A stretch of DNA of 64,000 nucleotides from an uncultured delta proteobacterium (GTDB lineage: Bacteria > Myxococcota_A > Polyangia > Fen-1088). The notes beneath the pieces are model-generated. The model worked only from the letters and a program-made list of their open reading frames with translations, searched no databases and was not told the DNA's origin. A program made the position numbers and the translations under genes. The stretch lies in assembly GCA_963737265.1 (NCBI GenBank), contig CAVTRY010000023.1:320001-384000 (forward strand). Reading direction: 5' to 3'. Each line of letters opens with the position of its first letter. Positions within the stretch are counted from its first letter, which is position 1. Shown one piece after another: positions 59,461-64,000 of the stretch.

Positions 59461-61407
59461 CTAGTTCCGCCCGTCAGAAGAGCGGCCATGCCCAGGCGCT
59501 GTCAATGACGGCGCCTTCACCGCCGCCGTGGTGGGGCGTTGGCCGAGCTTGACCGGGGTCGGCGACGCGGGGGCTACGGGCACGGGACCGGGGCGCGGCG
59601 CCGGTGGTTTTGGGTCGGGAACCACGGGTCCCGGCTTTTTGCGGTACGCCGCCCACGTACCGGCCCGGGCAAGCAGCTCGATCATGCCGTGGTAGCCCGC
59701 AAACAGATCGAAACCAGGCGGTTGGCTGCGCACGAAGAAGTAGTCGAAATTGGGCAGCACCTTGGCGGGTGCGAAGCTCGCGGGAACCCACGGGGAAGTC
59801 ATGAAATCCGGCGCGACCTTCAAACGGCAGGGCATGTGCCGCTCGCCGCAATAGTTGGGGGGAACCATGCTGCCCGGGGCGGGACGCAAGGCCGGGTAAA
59901 ATCCCGGCACGCCGATCAAGGCAGACTCGATTTGCATCACGCGCGAGGTGCGGTCGAAAACCAGGCCCAGCGCCTTGCCGCCGGGTGGCGTCTTTTCTGC
60001 CACCGCGACGAATCCCGCCACCTCGGCGGCGTACATCCGGTAGTGAAGGTAAAGCTGTCGGCCGTAAAGGGCGCCAAAAACCAGCGCGGGCAGCGGCAGC
60101 AGCACCGCCGGCAGCCCGCGAAAGCGCAGCAGCCCCGCGGGCACGAGCAAGAGAAACGTCAGCAGCACCAGCACGGAGAAGCGGGGAAAGAACGTCATCA
60201 GCTCCAGCTCCTGCAGGTGATGCGGTAGCGCCAGATACGCGGTCAGCGCACCCAAGAATGCCACCAGGCCGGCGAGGCGCATGCGTCGGCGACGGACCGA
60301 ACGCGCTTGCGGCGGCTCGCGCGCGGGCGCCCAGGCCAAAAGCCCGATGGCGACGTACGCGACCATGATGAGGAACAGGCCCTTGCAGGCGAGCACGTTG
60401 GTCTGGTCGACGAACGCGCGCATGGCGTGCGTGGGAATAGAGACGATTCGGTGCCACGCATCGACGAGAGCGGTCTCGCGGCCCAAGTCGTCGCGCCGAT
60501 GGCGTTTGAGAAAGGTCCATGCGAGAGCGGCCGTGAGCTTGGCCTGTCCTGCCACCGGCGGCGACGAGAGGTGCCAATAGGCAACGCCGGCAAAAGCCGG
60601 CAAAAGCGCCGCCGCCGCGAAAATCCTGCGCCGAAATGGCACCGCCGCCAGCACGGCGAATGCCAGGGCGGCGCAAATTCCGTAGAGAAAATTCTGCAGG
60701 TGGCAGAGAAAAAGCAGGATCGCGACCGCAGCGGTGCCGATCCACCGCACGGCAAAGGCGCGCCGGCCCTCGCTGTGCACGAGCTTCGTCATCTCCGCCA
60801 GCAGCCAAAGCAGCACGGGAAGCGACAACGCGAAGGAGATGAAGCCGTAGTGCAGGGTCAGGTTGTAGGCGAGCGGAAACGCCAGCAGAGCCGGAATGCG
60901 GCTGCGCCGGCACGCGCCGAGCAGCGAAGCCGTCGCGAACGGCAGCCCGGCCACATAGAGAATGATGATGATCTTGTGCGCGGTCAGCAGGGAGACGATC
61001 TTGCCGAGCGCGATCAGGGCCATGAAGTGAGCCGCATAGGGCGCGATGCGCAGGCCACCTTCGTAGTAGGGCGCGTACGGCGATGCGGCCGATCCCGCCT
61101 TGGACAGCATGTCTGCCGCGGCAAGGTGGAAGGGCAGGTCGAGCCCGGGCAATAGTTGCGTCGCGAACAGCGGCGCGAGAAAAAACGGCAGCAGCAAGGC
61201 GTAGCTGACGCCAAAACACCAGCCATCGGGCACCTTGCCCGCGAGCGCCCACGACCAAGCCCGGACGAAAGCTCTTCTTGGGCGTCCCGGGATGGCTTTC
61301 TTGCCCGGATGGCGGGGGCCGGCGTCCAGGCCCTGCGGTTCATTGATGCTTGCGTCCACGGCGAAAGCCGCGTGCCCAACCGGGTCCGGCGGAGATCCGG
61401 CGGACAT
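59461..61407 (-). CDS. Polytopic membrane protein, GT-C-like (start uncertain)
   Basis: P..DLP.H after first TM, YGF, many TM segments, DYFFVR. Confidence 0.65.
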   Translation of the reverse strand: MSAGSPPDPVGHAAFAVDASINEPQGLDAGPRHPGKKAIPGRPRRAFVRAWSWALAGKVPDGWCFGVSYALLLPFFLAPLFATQLLPGLDLPFHLAAADMLSKAGSAASPYAPYYEGGLRIAPYAAHFMALIALGKIVSLLTAHKIIIILYVAGLPFATASLLGACRRSRIPALLAFPLAYNLTLHYGFISFALSLPVLLWLLAEMTKLVHSEGRRAFAVRWIGTAAVAILLFLCHLQNFLYGICAALAFAVLAAVPFRRRIFAAAALLPAFAGVAYWHLSSPPVAGQAKLTAALAWTFLKRHRRDDLGRETALVDAWHRIVSIPTHAMRAFVDQTNVLACKGLFLIMVAYVAIGLLAWAPAREPPQARSVRRRRMRLAGLVAFLGALTAYLALPHHLQELELMTFFPRFSVLVLLTFLLLVPAGLLRFRGLPAVLLPLPALVFGALYGRQLYLHYRMYAAEVAGFVAVAEKTPPGGKALGLVFDRTSRVMQIESALIGVPGFYPALRPAPGSMVPPNYCGERHMPCRLKVAPDFMTSPWVPASFAPAKVLPNFDYFFVRSQPPGFDLFAGYHGMIELLARAGTWAAYRKKPGPVVPDPKPPAPRPGPVPVAPASPTPVKLGQRPTTAAVKAPSLTAPGHGRSSDGRN

Positions 61408-61498
61408 GCAACCAAGGTGCAGCGGAGCGGGTTTGCGCGACCGGCCCTGTATACAACAATTCCCAGCGGAAGCGTGGTATAGACTCCGCCAACTCGCC

Positions 61499-62244
61499 AT
61501 GGGCCTGCTCGATATTTTCTCCAAGGAGAGGCGCGAGGAGCGCGCGCGTGCCGGGAATATCCAGCGCACGATCAACAAATACTCGCAGTCCGGCGACCGC
61601 TACAAGGCCATGGAAGCCCTGGCCTCCGAGGGTTCGGAAGAAGCCACCTACGGCCTTTTGCGTCGTTTCGGCATGATGTACGACAAATCGATCGAAGACG
61701 AACAGGAAAAGGAATGGGTCTTCGATACCCTGGTCAGCAAGGGCGAATCGGCGCTACCAGCGGTCAAACGCTACTTGACGGCCACCGATTCGGCGGCCTG
61801 GCCGTTGCGCTTGCTACAGAAGATTGCGCCCAGCAAGGACGTCGAGATCGACGTCATCGCCGAGGTCCTGGCGCGCCACGAACCCGGCTATGAGCGCGAC
61901 CCGACGAAGAAGATCCAACTCATCCGCCATCTCGGCTTGATGAAGCACGCCAAGGCGCCCGACCTCATTTCGCCCTACCTCGGCGACATGGACGAGGGCG
62001 TGCGTTTCGCGACTGTCGAGGCGCTGCTGGCGCTCAAGAACGAGGACGCCGCACGCGACAAGCTGCTGGCCCTGTTCGTTTCCGACAGCGAGGAAAGCCT
62101 GCGCCTGCGCATCCGCATCGCCGATGGCTTTGCCGACCTCGGCTGGCGGGTGCAAGGTCACCGCGGCGGCGTCGAAAAGAAGCTGCCCGACGGATTCCAG
62201 CTCGACCGCGAAGGTCACATTCTAAAACCGAAGAAGCCCGAGTA

Positions 62245-62245
<1 letters not shown>
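61499..62245 (+). CDS. HEAT-repeat protein
   Basis: ATG 61499 MGLLDIFS..., [17 protein letters not shown]; stop overlaps carB start. Confidence 0.75.

Positions 62246-64000
<1,755 letters not shown>

Overview
GC-rich chromosomal segment of a myxobacterium (Myxococcota). The order pilM-N-O-P-Q, lipoprotein, mglC, aroQ, accB, accC, sgmX-like matches what I know from Myxococcus. Most of the window is core genome: the type IV pilus/polarity cluster, xerD-S2P-scpA-scpB-rluB, clpB-dnaJ-lon, hemF, carB, nfnA and two tRNAs. The most interesting part is about 1-13 kb. A Ser/Thr kinase-STAND ATPase-TPR gene with a visibly lower-GC 3' end converges on an unannotated 22-aa ORF (MANKKGLKVKSKVRSGGGHWPH; strong SD, own terminator, Lys-rich leader, Gly-Gly, HWPH tail). 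Upstream on the same strand is a compact three-gene cassette: an adenylate-forming ligase with an RRE-like N-terminus, a SufS-type cysteine desulfurase and a degenerate-NUDIX/SAM-methyltransferase fusion. The cassette lies between two ~97-bp imperfect direct repeats that duplicate the promoter and first 12 nt of tRNA-Arg(CCG). Peptide gene and cassette share a TGGAC-N7-TGCA (sigma54-spaced) motif, and an FHA-domain sigma54 activator lies just downstream. My inference is a candidate undescribed RiPP or peptide-signalling system. All calls come from reading motifs by eye; no database search or GC count was run.
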